DNA of 64,000 nucleotides from a plasmid: sequence record NZ_CP013482.1; one strand, written 5' to 3'. Of the stretch, positions 9,291-17,389 are shown in pieces; position 1 is the first letter of the stretch, and each line of letters begins with the position of its first letter. Position numbers and translations under genes: made by a program. The notes beneath the pieces were generated by a model. It worked only from the letters and a program-made list of their open reading frames with translations. It was not told the origin of the DNA and searched no databases.

Positions 9291-9322
9291 TAATTATTGT
9301 GTTGCGCGCAACCCAATAATTA
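9291..9322. promoter_or_regulatory. 32-bp nested imperfect palindrome (taattattgtgttgcgcgcaacccaataatta) filling the gap between the acyltransferase stop and the next gene
   Basis: Seen in sequence; potential intra-operon hairpin. Confidence 0.35.
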
Positions 9323-11287
9323 AGGACGGCCGGTAATGATGGCCTCTAACTCCCCCGGTCGGCTCCGTCGGTACAGTTGATAGTAGTGGGCTCCGCCCTC
9401 AAGATTCAGGTGAGTGGTGTCGTTGCTTCTGTAAAGCGGGATGTTTCCGGCGGCCGTGGCACACATCCCATTACTACATGCGGCACCATACGTGTGCATC
9501 ACTTTCACCGCCGGCAGGCGGGCCGCCAAATTCCCTACAACCTCATGATTCGCCGCCTCAACGCCGGCCGCCGACTGGCGGCTGAATTCGCACGATCGAG
9601 CGAACGGTGACCACCTCAATCCGTTGTACAACGGACAGTTGATGAGCCCGTCAGGCATGGGGGGAACATCATCAAGGATGACGACTTGCTTGCCGGCGTC
9701 GAGCAGCGCCTTCGCCGTGCGGTAGAGATCCTCGTCAATCTGCTCTGGGCCAAACCCTCGCTCGTTACGCTTCACGTTTGACGGCGCTACGTACGCCCCC
9801 CATGTACCCGATAGGAAAACAACTTCAATGTCGCTGCTTTTCAGCAGATAGTTCATGACCAGTCGATCATGTTCGCGGCATGGTTCATCCATATTCGGCC
9901 GCGTGCCGATCGGAGGATCCGCGACCGGAGGGCAGAGCGGCCGCGCCATGTCGTGAACACTTAACCCGAACTCGTTGCCCAACTCCCGGAAGAAGTACAC
10001 GAAGTGATAGGCGTGAGAGTCGCCCCACAGGACGGCCTTTCTTCCGCCTGGCGCCCCGACAGAACATTTCGCTTCCGACGTAACCCCTACAGCCCCCCAG
10101 CACAGTGCCCCTCGTCCCTGCATCCAGTCACGGTCGGTCGACGCGGTATAGATTTCTCGAAATTGCTGGGGATACATGAACAGAAAGTTTGTGGACGTTC
10201 TTCCCACCGCCACAGTAGAAGCAGCAAGTGCGATCGGTGCCAGGATGTAACCGATCACGGCTCTCCTAAAGCTCACTCGCGCATAGCGCAACGGCTGCTC
10301 GACATACCGATGGGAAAGCGCAGCAACAACGAAACTCAACGCTACCGCGCAGACGATCGCGACGTCGCTCGTCAGCCCGAACCGCCGAAACGCAAAAAGT
10401 ATCGGCCAGTGCCAGAGATAGATGCCATACGACCGGAGGCCGATCCAGAGCGCAACGCGATTTCCAAGCACTGCACGGATCACTTTCGAGTCGTGTCCCG
10501 AAAGAATCAGCAGAGCAGCGGGCACCGTCGGGGCGAGCGCCCAAACTCCAGGGAACGGCTTTCCGCCAATAAAAGTGGCGCATGCCAGCACGCCAATAAG
10601 CGAGAGAACGGCTAAGAGTCCACGAGCGGTTCGCGCGCTATTCCACTGGCCTAGAAACGCAACTACAACGCCCAAGATGAACTCGAACGCACGATACTGG
10701 CTGAAGTAGTAAGCCCCTGGCGCTCCCGCGCGGACTGCCATCTCTGACCAAGCCAGAGACGCAAGCCCGAGTGCAATGAACGAAGCAATTTTGACGCGTG
10801 CTCGCGCATGACGAAGCCCAAACAACACCAGCGGAAACACCAGATAGAATTGCTCTTCGACCGAGAGAGACCATGTGTGAAGTAGCGGCTGTTGCTCCGC
10901 CGTCGGTGCGAAGTAGCCCGTCATCTTCGCCAGGTAGACATTCGATGCGAAGCCCGCGACGTAGGCCATGTTCTTGGCAACCTCCATCGCGTCGTCCGGG
11001 ATGAGAAACACCACGCTGAAAGCGAAGGTGACTGCCATCATCACGAACAATGCCGGAACTAACCGTTTCGCACGGCGCACGTAGAAGTCGCGGAAGCGGA
11101 AGTTCCCCGCCGCTTGAGCACTACAGATGCTCCGGGTGACGACGAATCCAGAGATTACGAAAAAGATATCGACCCCAACGAAGCCACCGGCGAGTTGGCT
11201 AACCCCAGCATGGCAGGCTACGACGAGAAGCACGGCGAGCGCGCGGAGGCCGTCCACGTCGGGACGATAGTTTTTATTGCTGGTCAT
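9320..11287 (-). CDS. Acyltransferase family 3 membrane protein with a C-terminal SGNH-like domain (OafA/YrhL-type O-acetyltransferase)
   Basis: N-terminal RPDVDGLRALAVLLVVACH motif; about 10 TM; 655 aa, the typical size. Confidence 0.8.
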   Translation of the reverse strand: MTSNKNYRPDVDGLRALAVLLVVACHAGVSQLAGGFVGVDIFFVISGFVVTRSICSAQAAGNFRFRDFYVRRAKRLVPALFVMMAVTFAFSVVFLIPDDAMEVAKNMAYVAGFASNVYLAKMTGYFAPTAEQQPLLHTWSLSVEEQFYLVFPLVLFGLRHARARVKIASFIALGLASLAWSEMAVRAGAPGAYYFSQYRAFEFILGVVVAFLGQWNSARTARGLLAVLSLIGVLACATFIGGKPFPGVWALAPTVPAALLILSGHDSKVIRAVLGNRVALWIGLRSYGIYLWHWPILFAFRRFGLTSDVAIVCAVALSFVVAALSHRYVEQPLRYARVSFRRAVIGYILAPIALAASTVAVGRTSTNFLFMYPQQFREIYTASTDRDWMQGRGALCWGAVGVTSEAKCSVGAPGGRKAVLWGDSHAYHFVYFFRELGNEFGLSVHDMARPLCPPVADPPIGTRPNMDEPCREHDRLVMNYLLKSSDIEVVFLSGTWGAYVAPSNVKRNERGFGPEQIDEDLYRTAKALLDAGKQVVILDDVPPMPDGLINCPLYNGLRWSPFARSCEFSRQSAAGVEAANHEVVGNLAARLPAVKVMHTYGAACSNGMCATAAGNIPLYRSNDTTHLNLEGGAHYYQLYRRSRPGELEAIITGRP

Positions 11288-11394
11288 TCACGTGCTTCGC
11301 TCACCGATGGAGAGCGACCCCGAAATATTTTTGAAGAAGTGCGGTTAGAGAAATGCGAGCGGGCGGCGGGCGTTTCTATCACCCTCACGGCGGG

Positions 11395-12102
11395 TCAGAT
11401 CCGCGTCGCAAGCCAAACCACAGGATCAGAACCGGAAATCAACAGAAACAGCCCCGCACCCGACAGAAACGGGCCAAAAGGCAACACGTCTTCCGCGCGA
11501 CTACCCCATCTAATCACCGCGAGGAATAAGCCCGTCGCGGCCGCAATCAGGAGCATTGACGGAACTGAGGCGACGCCCATCCACGCGCCTATACCGGCGG
11601 CCAGTTTAAAGTCGCCCTGCCCCATGCCGTCCTCGCCTTTGCGGATCCGCCGGAATGCATTTACCGCCCAGAGCGCAGCAAAAGCCGCTGTCGCGCCGGC
11701 GACCGACTCGGCTACAGACGTGCGCCACCCCATCCAATTCGCAAAAATTCCGACGCCAATCAACGGGAGGGTGATGACGTCGGGAAGCATGAGTGTTTGG
11801 TAGTCGACGAGGGCAAGCAGGGTCAGCAACCATGCCAGAGTTGCCCCCACGACGACGATGCCCGCACTCTGACTTCTAGCCGTCAGAGCCGCACATATCG
11901 CGGCAAACGCTAAGGTGACGGCCGCTTTTGTACTTGCTTGGTACGCAACCCCCTCATCGCACTCGTTCTCGCATGCGAGAACCATTGCCGCTCGCGACGC
12001 CGCAGGGAAAAGGAGCGCCCCTGCGCAAAGCCCCGCAGCGCCACTCAGCACCAGGCTCAACAGGTTCATGACTGCGCTGTCCTGCTCCGTCCGTGCCACC
12101 AC
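11395..12102 (-). CDS. A24-family prepilin peptidase-like membrane protein
   Basis: Motifs LVDYQTLMLPD and GQGDFKLAAGIGAWMG (the two catalytic Asp motifs of PilD/TadV-like peptidases). Confidence 0.6.
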   Translation of the reverse strand: MVARTEQDSAVMNLLSLVLSGAAGLCAGALLFPAASRAAMVLACENECDEGVAYQASTKAAVTLAFAAICAALTARSQSAGIVVVGATLAWLLTLLALVDYQTLMLPDVITLPLIGVGIFANWMGWRTSVAESVAGATAAFAALWAVNAFRRIRKGEDGMGQGDFKLAAGIGAWMGVASVPSMLLIAAATGLFLAVIRWGSRAEDVLPFGPFLSGAGLFLLISGSDPVVWLATRI

Positions 12103-12455
12103 TCAGCGGCGCCGAGAATCGCAACGTATCCAAGAACCGTTTGCGGGATGAGAATCCATGCGGCGGCGACTTGCCTGAGCAACATGTCCACGGCCCGGTT
12201 GTAAGGCAGCCCGAGGGTTCGATTGCCGAAAACGTAGGTGAAATAAATCAGAAACAATGCGGCCACGACGAAAAGCACGCCTTTAACCCGCAAACCGCGA
12301 TAGCCCAGGAATGCCCCAATAAAATAAATCGGTAGCGAGAGGCACCAGTCGGTCAACGAGGACGTGTAACCCATCACGACATAGGCGAGATGCCCAAAGG
12401 CCGCACCAAGGACCGTCAGGGCAAACGCCTGACGGGGCAAGCTTGAGGTGTTCAT
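12066..12455 (-). CDS. Integral membrane protein (4 TM), unknown
   Basis: ORF; hydropathy. Confidence 0.45.
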   Translation of the reverse strand: MNTSSLPRQAFALTVLGAAFGHLAYVVMGYTSSLTDWCLSLPIYFIGAFLGYRGLRVKGVLFVVAALFLIYFTYVFGNRTLGLPYNRAVDMLLRQVAAAWILIPQTVLGYVAILGAAEWWHGRSRTAQS

Positions 12456-12742
12456 CGTGACTTCTTCCGCCGGCGTTCCGCCTGGTCGATAAGAGCTTTC
12501 TCGATTGCCGCTCGCTCTGAGCGGTCATCTTCCGCCAGATAAATCAACGCTTGGTTGGCCTCCGCGCAGAGGCGTACTCGACTGAGTTCACGTCCGCCTT
12601 CGGCTTCGAGTTGCTCCTTTAGCCGACGCGTACGGACAGTGGAAATTTCCCGCGGTCGCGGGGTGTCCACTCTCGGCCGTCCGCGGCCTCGCGGCTTTTC
12701 CACGGCCTGCTGTGTTGAAGTTTCGGCTTTGCTCTTCATCAT
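12452..12742 (-). CDS. Small basic DNA-binding-like protein with an AT-hook (RGRGRPR)
   Basis: ORF; overlapping start and stop with neighbours. Confidence 0.45.
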   Translation of the reverse strand: MMKSKAETSTQQAVEKPRGRGRPRVDTPRPREISTVRTRRLKEQLEAEGGRELSRVRLCAEANQALIYLAEDDRSERAAIEKALIDQAERRRKKSR

Positions 12743-12957
12743 CGACCTTCAATTTCCTTGCGCTTCAACGCGCGAAACCGGATCCATACCACCGTCACGA
12801 ACAAGGCGATCGCAAGTGACGGCAATGCGGGGGGAAGAACCTCGTTCACGTCTGCGCCAGCCCAAACGCCGAAGCCAAGCAGAACAACCGGCATGCTCCA
12901 CGCAATGAATGTCCAGCGCCCCCAAAATCGGCCGAACCTCAGAATAACGCTATTCAT
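12739..12957 (-). CDS. Small membrane protein (72 aa)
   Basis: ORF; 2 TM. Confidence 0.4.
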   Translation of the reverse strand: MNSVILRFGRFWGRWTFIAWSMPVVLLGFGVWAGADVNEVLPPALPSLAIALFVTVVWIRFRALKRKEIEGR

Positions 12958-13352
12958 TTCCCCACCTTCTCCCTGCCGTTTTGCGGGCCATCGCTGCGTA
13001 GCTTGTCCGCCACCGCGTTACGCGCCGTCTCGTAGTCGAGATTCTCGTCAGGTGACTTCGTCACGTACGTCCCCCTGTCATCCATAATTGCCATGAAGAT
13101 GTTATGCGACGCACTCTGCCGGATCTTCCCGTCTGTCATGGCATCTGCGATGACCTGACGGGCGGCGCGGCTATCAGGCCAGTTGTTTGCGATGTTTGTG
13201 TACTGCCAGGCAGGGATTTCTTTCGCGGATTCCCACGCCCCAAGGGCACCGCCAGCCACTGCGCACAGGACCGGAACCACGATGTACGGTGCAATAAAAC
13301 GCGTCGTTTTTGATAGTTTCATCTCGATTTTTCTGTTGCATTGAGCGATCAC
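12954..13352 (-). CDS. Exported or lipoprotein-like protein (132 aa)
   Basis: ORF; N-terminal hydrophobic segment with a possible lipobox VLC. Confidence 0.45.
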   Translation of the reverse strand: MIAQCNRKIEMKLSKTTRFIAPYIVVPVLCAVAGGALGAWESAKEIPAWQYTNIANNWPDSRAARQVIADAMTDGKIRQSASHNIFMAIMDDRGTYVTKSPDENLDYETARNAVADKLRSDGPQNGREKVGK

Positions 13353-13448
13353 TTCACGGCAGGAGGGCTTTAACCGTCGTCCGTGATATTTCGTTACTTG
13401 CCTGGAGCCAACGGATCGTTATCAAAGACGAGCGTTTTTCCGAGTAGT

Positions 13449-13610
13449 TAGCGCCCACGGTTCGCCAGAACATCCAGCAAATGTTGCCCCATGATGTCCG
13501 TCATCCAGGGGGCGAATATTAAATAAACGAACGTGGCGAATCCGAGCACAAATACTGCCGCTGCGAATCGCTTCGCAACAAACCAACGTCTCGTCGTGAC
13601 TTGTTCCATG
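13449..13610 (-). CDS. 53-aa membrane peptide (below the ORF-track cutoff)
   Basis: Manual translation: MEQVTTRRWFVAKRFAAAVFVLGFATFVYLIFAPW.. Confidence 0.3.
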
Positions 13611-13624
13611 TGATATTTCCGTAG

Positions 13625-13953
13625 TTACGCCGACTTGTCGCAGGTGATGGTCTTGGCGAGCCAGCCATGTCGATTCGCGAGCGCACGCTTCACGAGTTCA
13701 ACCGTGCACGCTCCCCCGCTGAAAGTCGTCTTGACGTGAGCAACCTCGCCCACAACTTCCGGCTCCTCGTTCACATGAACCGGATCGATTTTGTACGCCT
13801 TCCCGACTGCCTCGGCGGCAGCAAATCGTGCTGCAAGCAACGATCCCGGTTGAGCGTGTTCGCCGCAAGCACTAAGCAGCGCAGAGGCGGCCAAGTAGAC
13901 GGTCCATTTCGTGACGGAGCCCATCCATTCGCGTCCGAGTTTTGGTGTGGTCA
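13625..13953 (-). CDS. Lipoprotein (internal start MTTPKLG.. of the 188-aa ORF; lipobox LSAC)
   Basis: Signal peptide with lipobox; the upstream part of the ORF overlaps the neighbouring gene. Confidence 0.4.
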
Positions 13954-13965
13954 TGTAATCTCCGA

Positions 13966-14154
13966 TTAGTGGTTGTTGCACGCCACACGCTTCTTCAGAA
14001 ACGCCCAGAGGCCCCCCGCAAAGAGAAGGCAAATCACACCCAAAACAGCGAACCACCAATTGCTCTCGCCTTCCATTGCGCTCGCTAGCCTGTCTCCCGC
14101 ACGAACGAGGGTTGAAACCCCTCCCAGCAACATTGCTACGGCGGAATATTTCAT
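13966..14154 (-). CDS. Small membrane protein (62 aa)
   Basis: ORF; 2 TM. Confidence 0.4.
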   Translation of the reverse strand: MKYSAVAMLLGGVSTLVRAGDRLASAMEGESNWWFAVLGVICLLFAGGLWAFLKKRVACNNH

Positions 14155-14424
14155 TTACTCGGCAAGGTCGTAGTCGGCACTGGTCGGCCAATTAACGCCA
14201 TCGAGGGCGCGAAGGGACTCTTGAATGCGGGCCTGCGCCTGGAGCAACTTGTCGCGCAACTCGTAAGGGTTGTGGTGAACTCCATAGCCGTTCTTTCTCA
14301 CCGAACCTGACAAGGCGTTGTACGCAGCTTGCCAAGCCTTCTCGGCGGCGTCACAACCCTTCTCAGCCGCATTCAGCTTTGCCTTCGCTTGTTGCTTCGT
14401 AGTCATGTTCTGTCCTTTCGTCAA
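14155..14424 (-). CDS. Hypothetical protein (89 aa)
   Basis: ORF abutting the downstream gene. Confidence 0.45.
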   Translation of the reverse strand: MTKGQNMTTKQQAKAKLNAAEKGCDAAEKAWQAAYNALSGSVRKNGYGVHHNPYELRDKLLQAQARIQESLRALDGVNWPTSADYDLAE

Positions 14425-14448
14425 TTCCGTCCGCGCCGACTTGGAAGG

Positions 14449-14931
14449 TCATTCATCGGCGGTCATCAGTGGAACCACCGCCGTGACGAACCCCATCATG
14501 CACGCGCCCAAGAGGCCAACAGGGAAAGTCACTGCGGTCATAGCCGCAAGCTTTGCCTGAATGTTGTCTCGACCGAGCGAATCCAGCATCGCCCATACCG
14601 CGCAATTCGCCGGCAACGCGACAACAAGAACAAGCAGCATGCACGAAATCGCGAAGCGAGATTGCCACACACCAGTCAGCTTTGTGGCGACACAACCACT
14701 CCACACAGCTCCGAGAGAGGATGCCCAAACCATGAGAATCGCTGGCCACGCCGTTGAGTAACCTCCGGTCAAAAGTTCGTGCCATCCGTACCACACCCAC
14801 CCGAATACACTCCCTCCCTTGAGGGCCAATGCAACCAACAGGATGGCACCCGCGACGCCCAATGCAATGCTACGTCCGCAATCGACCATCGCTGCCCGTA
14901 CAGTCTGAACATGGTTCACCATCTTCTGCAC
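14449..14931 (-). CDS. Integral membrane protein (about 4-5 TM)
   Basis: ORF; hydropathy. Confidence 0.45.
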   Translation of the reverse strand: MQKMVNHVQTVRAAMVDCGRSIALGVAGAILLVALALKGGSVFGWVWYGWHELLTGGYSTAWPAILMVWASSLGAVWSGCVATKLTGVWQSRFAISCMLLVLVVALPANCAVWAMLDSLGRDNIQAKLAAMTAVTFPVGLLGACMMGFVTAVVPLMTADE

Positions 14932-15175
14932 CTCTCACTCATCTCAAGCCCAGCTAACCGCCGTACTGACGAGCCCGATGGCAAACGCCACGAGCGCGAT
15001 GACAATGGCACCTAACGCAAAACCTCTCATGACTATTCTCTATTGGTGAAATGGGTTATTCGGCCGACAGGAGACCTAGCTTTATGAGGCGTGCTCGAAT
15101 TGCCCCTCTGGTTCGACCGAACTGACTTCCAAGGGCGGTCAACCGGCCATTGCTATACGGGAGCGCAGCATTTTC

Positions 15176-15589
15176 CTACCGATCGTACTTCGCGAGAAGA
15201 CGCTTAGCGTCCTCTTCGTCTCCGGGAATCGGCTGACCCGAGCCGAGCCGATCTTCAAGTGCGCGAGCGAGTGACCAGTCCGTTCCGCGATCGCCCTTGT
15301 CTTCCAGTTCGTGGTGCAGATACGCCAGTCGATTCGCAAGGCGAGTCGTACGGGCGAATTCAATTTCTTTCGCGAAATGCACACCGTCGGAGTGAGCAAT
15401 GGAACCGCCTTCGGTCAACGCTACGGTGTTCGCCTCAGCCCCTTCGCTCGAGTCCGATACGATCAGGGCCAGCGCGTCCCCCTGGGGGAGGCTACTCACA
15501 GAGATGTCCGTGTGCAGGCCAAGGGCTTTCAATTTCTGTGCTGCTTCACGGAGGATCCCCGTGGCGGCTTCGTTGTCGAAAATGCTCAT
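15176..15589 (-). CDS. Hypothetical protein (137 aa)
   Basis: ORF. Confidence 0.45.
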   Translation of the reverse strand: MSIFDNEAATGILREAAQKLKALGLHTDISVSSLPQGDALALIVSDSSEGAEANTVALTEGGSIAHSDGVHFAKEIEFARTTRLANRLAYLHHELEDKGDRGTDWSLARALEDRLGSGQPIPGDEEDAKRLLAKYDR

Positions 15590-15636
15590 GTTTTGTCTTA
15601 TCCTTTGTGCCGGTCAGTCCGGCGATTTTTTCCTGT

Positions 15637-16116
15637 TTAGCGTGCAGACGGATGCGCCGCGATGTCGGCAGACACTTCGGTCCACTCAACGACGTACCCT
15701 GGAATCTTCCCAGCTTCGTCTCGGCTCTCAGGCTTGTAGACGTGCGTACCGTCCCTCAGCCTCTCCGCGTACATGCAGGCAGCAGCTCGCGTGCGAAGAG
15801 ATCCGATCGACTGCCAATGCCCGCCCATCGCCAGTGGCCGGAACTCGTAGAATTGCGTCCTGCCTATCTCGCGCATCGGTACTTGGCAATGCCAAGCTCC
15901 GTCGAACCACTCCATTCTGACGATGTCGCTCTCCCACAGGCCGGGGACAGCTTTGCCGTCCGAGCCCTTAGAGCGCTTCAACGCGCGCATGGATTCTGGT
16001 TGGATACGCATGAATTCCCCGATTCGTTTAGCTGGCGAAAAAGAACTCGCGAGCGCAGAGAGTGTCCAGCGACTCATCGAGTACCGCACTTGCCGCTTCG
16101 TGCGAGTGTCGGCCAT
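15637..16116 (-). CDS. Hypothetical protein (159 aa or shorter internal start)
   Basis: ORF. Confidence 0.4.
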   Translation of the reverse strand: MADTRTKRQVRYSMSRWTLSALASSFSPAKRIGEFMRIQPESMRALKRSKGSDGKAVPGLWESDIVRMEWFDGAWHCQVPMREIGRTQFYEFRPLAMGGHWQSIGSLRTRAAACMYAERLRDGTHVYKPESRDEAGKIPGYVVEWTEVSADIAAHPSAR

Positions 16117-16258
16117 TGGGCCAAACGGTGTCAGGACCGGCGAGAATGCCCTTGGCCCATTCGGCTTGCACGATTGCGTTTTGCAGTGCTTCTTCGTCGG
16201 GATACCACTTGCCGTCGAAACCGAGTGCTTTCACTTCACCGAAGTATCGCGTTTGCAT
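16028..16258 (-). CDS. Hypothetical small protein (internal start MQTRY.. of the 128-aa ORF)
   Basis: ORF; the upstream part overlaps the HTH gene. Confidence 0.3.
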   Translation of the reverse strand: MQTRYFGEVKALGFDGKWYPDEEALQNAIVQAEWAKGILAGPDTVWPNGRHSHEAASAVLDESLDTLCAREFFFAS

Positions 16259-16315
16259 TGCCGCTCTCCTTCTCCGTTGAGACGACGCTGGGATTACTGC
16301 GCTATGTCGCTCATA

Positions 16316-16338
16316 ATATACCCCCATTGGGGGTATAT
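16316..16338. promoter_or_regulatory. Palindrome ATATACCCCC-att-GGGGGTATAT (10-bp arms) at the 3' end of the HTH gene
   Basis: Seen in sequence. Confidence 0.4.
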
Positions 16339-16565
16339 CAAGGTGTTTTTGTGCTCCAAAGCAAAATCTCTCGGATGTATGCCCAAACCACATCTGGCAT
16401 CGCCCGGAAGTCACTGGTATTGGCAGGGGCGAGCCACTTGTCGAGGGTCTTGTCAGGCACGCTGATGCGCTTCGCGAACGCGGCGCGCGTCATGCCGAGT
16501 TCGCTCATCGCTTCCCGCAGAAACTCTTGCTGAGCTTGTGTGGTGGCTTTTTTCACTCCCATCAA
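16338..16565 (-). CDS. Small HTH (XRE-like) transcriptional regulator
   Basis: ELGMTRAAFAKRISVPDKTLDKWL helix-turn-helix. Confidence 0.55.
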   Translation of the reverse strand: MMGVKKATTQAQQEFLREAMSELGMTRAAFAKRISVPDKTLDKWLAPANTSDFRAMPDVVWAYIREILLWSTKTP

Positions 16566-17233
16566 ATCACTCCACTTACGATCGAAGCCATACGCACAGG
16601 ATCGCTTTCGACCATTTTTTTAACGGCACTCAAACTCGAAACTCCAATCAGTTCCTGAATCAGCTTTAGGCTCCGCCCTTCCCTATGAAGGCGAACCGCA
16701 AAGGTGCGGCGCGCTGCGCTTGCGTTGCCATTAGCGATGCCCGCCTGGTGGTGCAAACGGCGGTAGATCTCAGTCAGCGACTCACACGAATAGCTGACCA
16801 CGCCATTTGGACTCACGCGCTTGGTGAAGGTAAAGGGCGCCCCGTCGCTGGCCAAAAAGAGTGGGCTCTGCGGATCGAGCCCACGATACGCTGCACGTAG
16901 AATCGTTACGCCTTGACGTGTCTCCTTTCGGTGAGCGAGATAGGCGTCAATGACCTCGCGGACTTTCGGACTGGAGAAGAACAGCGGCCTTGCTTTCCCA
17001 TTGAAAGCGATCTCAGCCCGAACGGTTGAATGCACCCTGACTTCACCATTCTCGAGAAGGTAGTCCTCTACGGTCAGCTTGGCTGTTTCGTTGGGTGCGA
17101 GCCCGGTCCCGTACGCGATGAGCAGCAACGCGACGTCGCGCTCCTTGGCATGGCCAGTGACAGCGGCGACCTTTCGCGCGTGCCGAATCTGATGTTCTTC
17201 AATAACGGCGGCTTTTGCCATCCTGTAATGCAC
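16562..17233 (-). CDS. Tyrosine-recombinase (phage integrase) catalytic-domain-like protein. Canonical R/H-x-x-R/Y residues appear substituted (TGLAPNE, AARRTFAV, IGVSS, no terminal Tyr), so it may be inactive
   Basis: Box-like motifs read by eye; alignment uncertain. Confidence 0.5.
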   Translation of the reverse strand: MHYRMAKAAVIEEHQIRHARKVAAVTGHAKERDVALLLIAYGTGLAPNETAKLTVEDYLLENGEVRVHSTVRAEIAFNGKARPLFFSSPKVREVIDAYLAHRKETRQGVTILRAAYRGLDPQSPLFLASDGAPFTFTKRVSPNGVVSYSCESLTEIYRRLHHQAGIANGNASAARRTFAVRLHREGRSLKLIQELIGVSSLSAVKKMVESDPVRMASIVSGVI

Positions 17234-17332
17234 TCCGGATGAGTTGTATTACGAGGAAGTATGTGAGGCGCGATCGTAAAACGCAAGCTGAGGACGCGCC
17301 ATTTCTACCGTCCTCGGAAAATCGCGCCGGCA

Positions 17333-17372
17333 CAAAAAAGGGGCCGAACGCTGTCGGCCCCTTGTTAATGCT
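17333..17372 (-). terminator. Rho-independent terminator after traC (GGGGCCGACAGCGTTCGGCCCC + TTTTTTGT on the minus strand)
   Basis: GC hairpin followed by a T-run. Confidence 0.6.
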
Positions 17373-17389
17373 GCGAGGTTGATCAGGCG

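Noticed and set aside
10004-10615. 203-aa + strand ORF inside the acyltransferase gene, and similar + strand ORFs (9377..9610, 9880..10083)
   Set aside because: Antisense to the strongly supported 655-aa AT3 acyltransferase; basic low-complexity translations.
15259-16533. 424-aa + strand ORF spanning several minus-strand genes
   Set aside because: Arg/Pro-rich low-complexity translation antisense to a compact minus-strand operon with good RBSs; typical high-GC antisense artefact.
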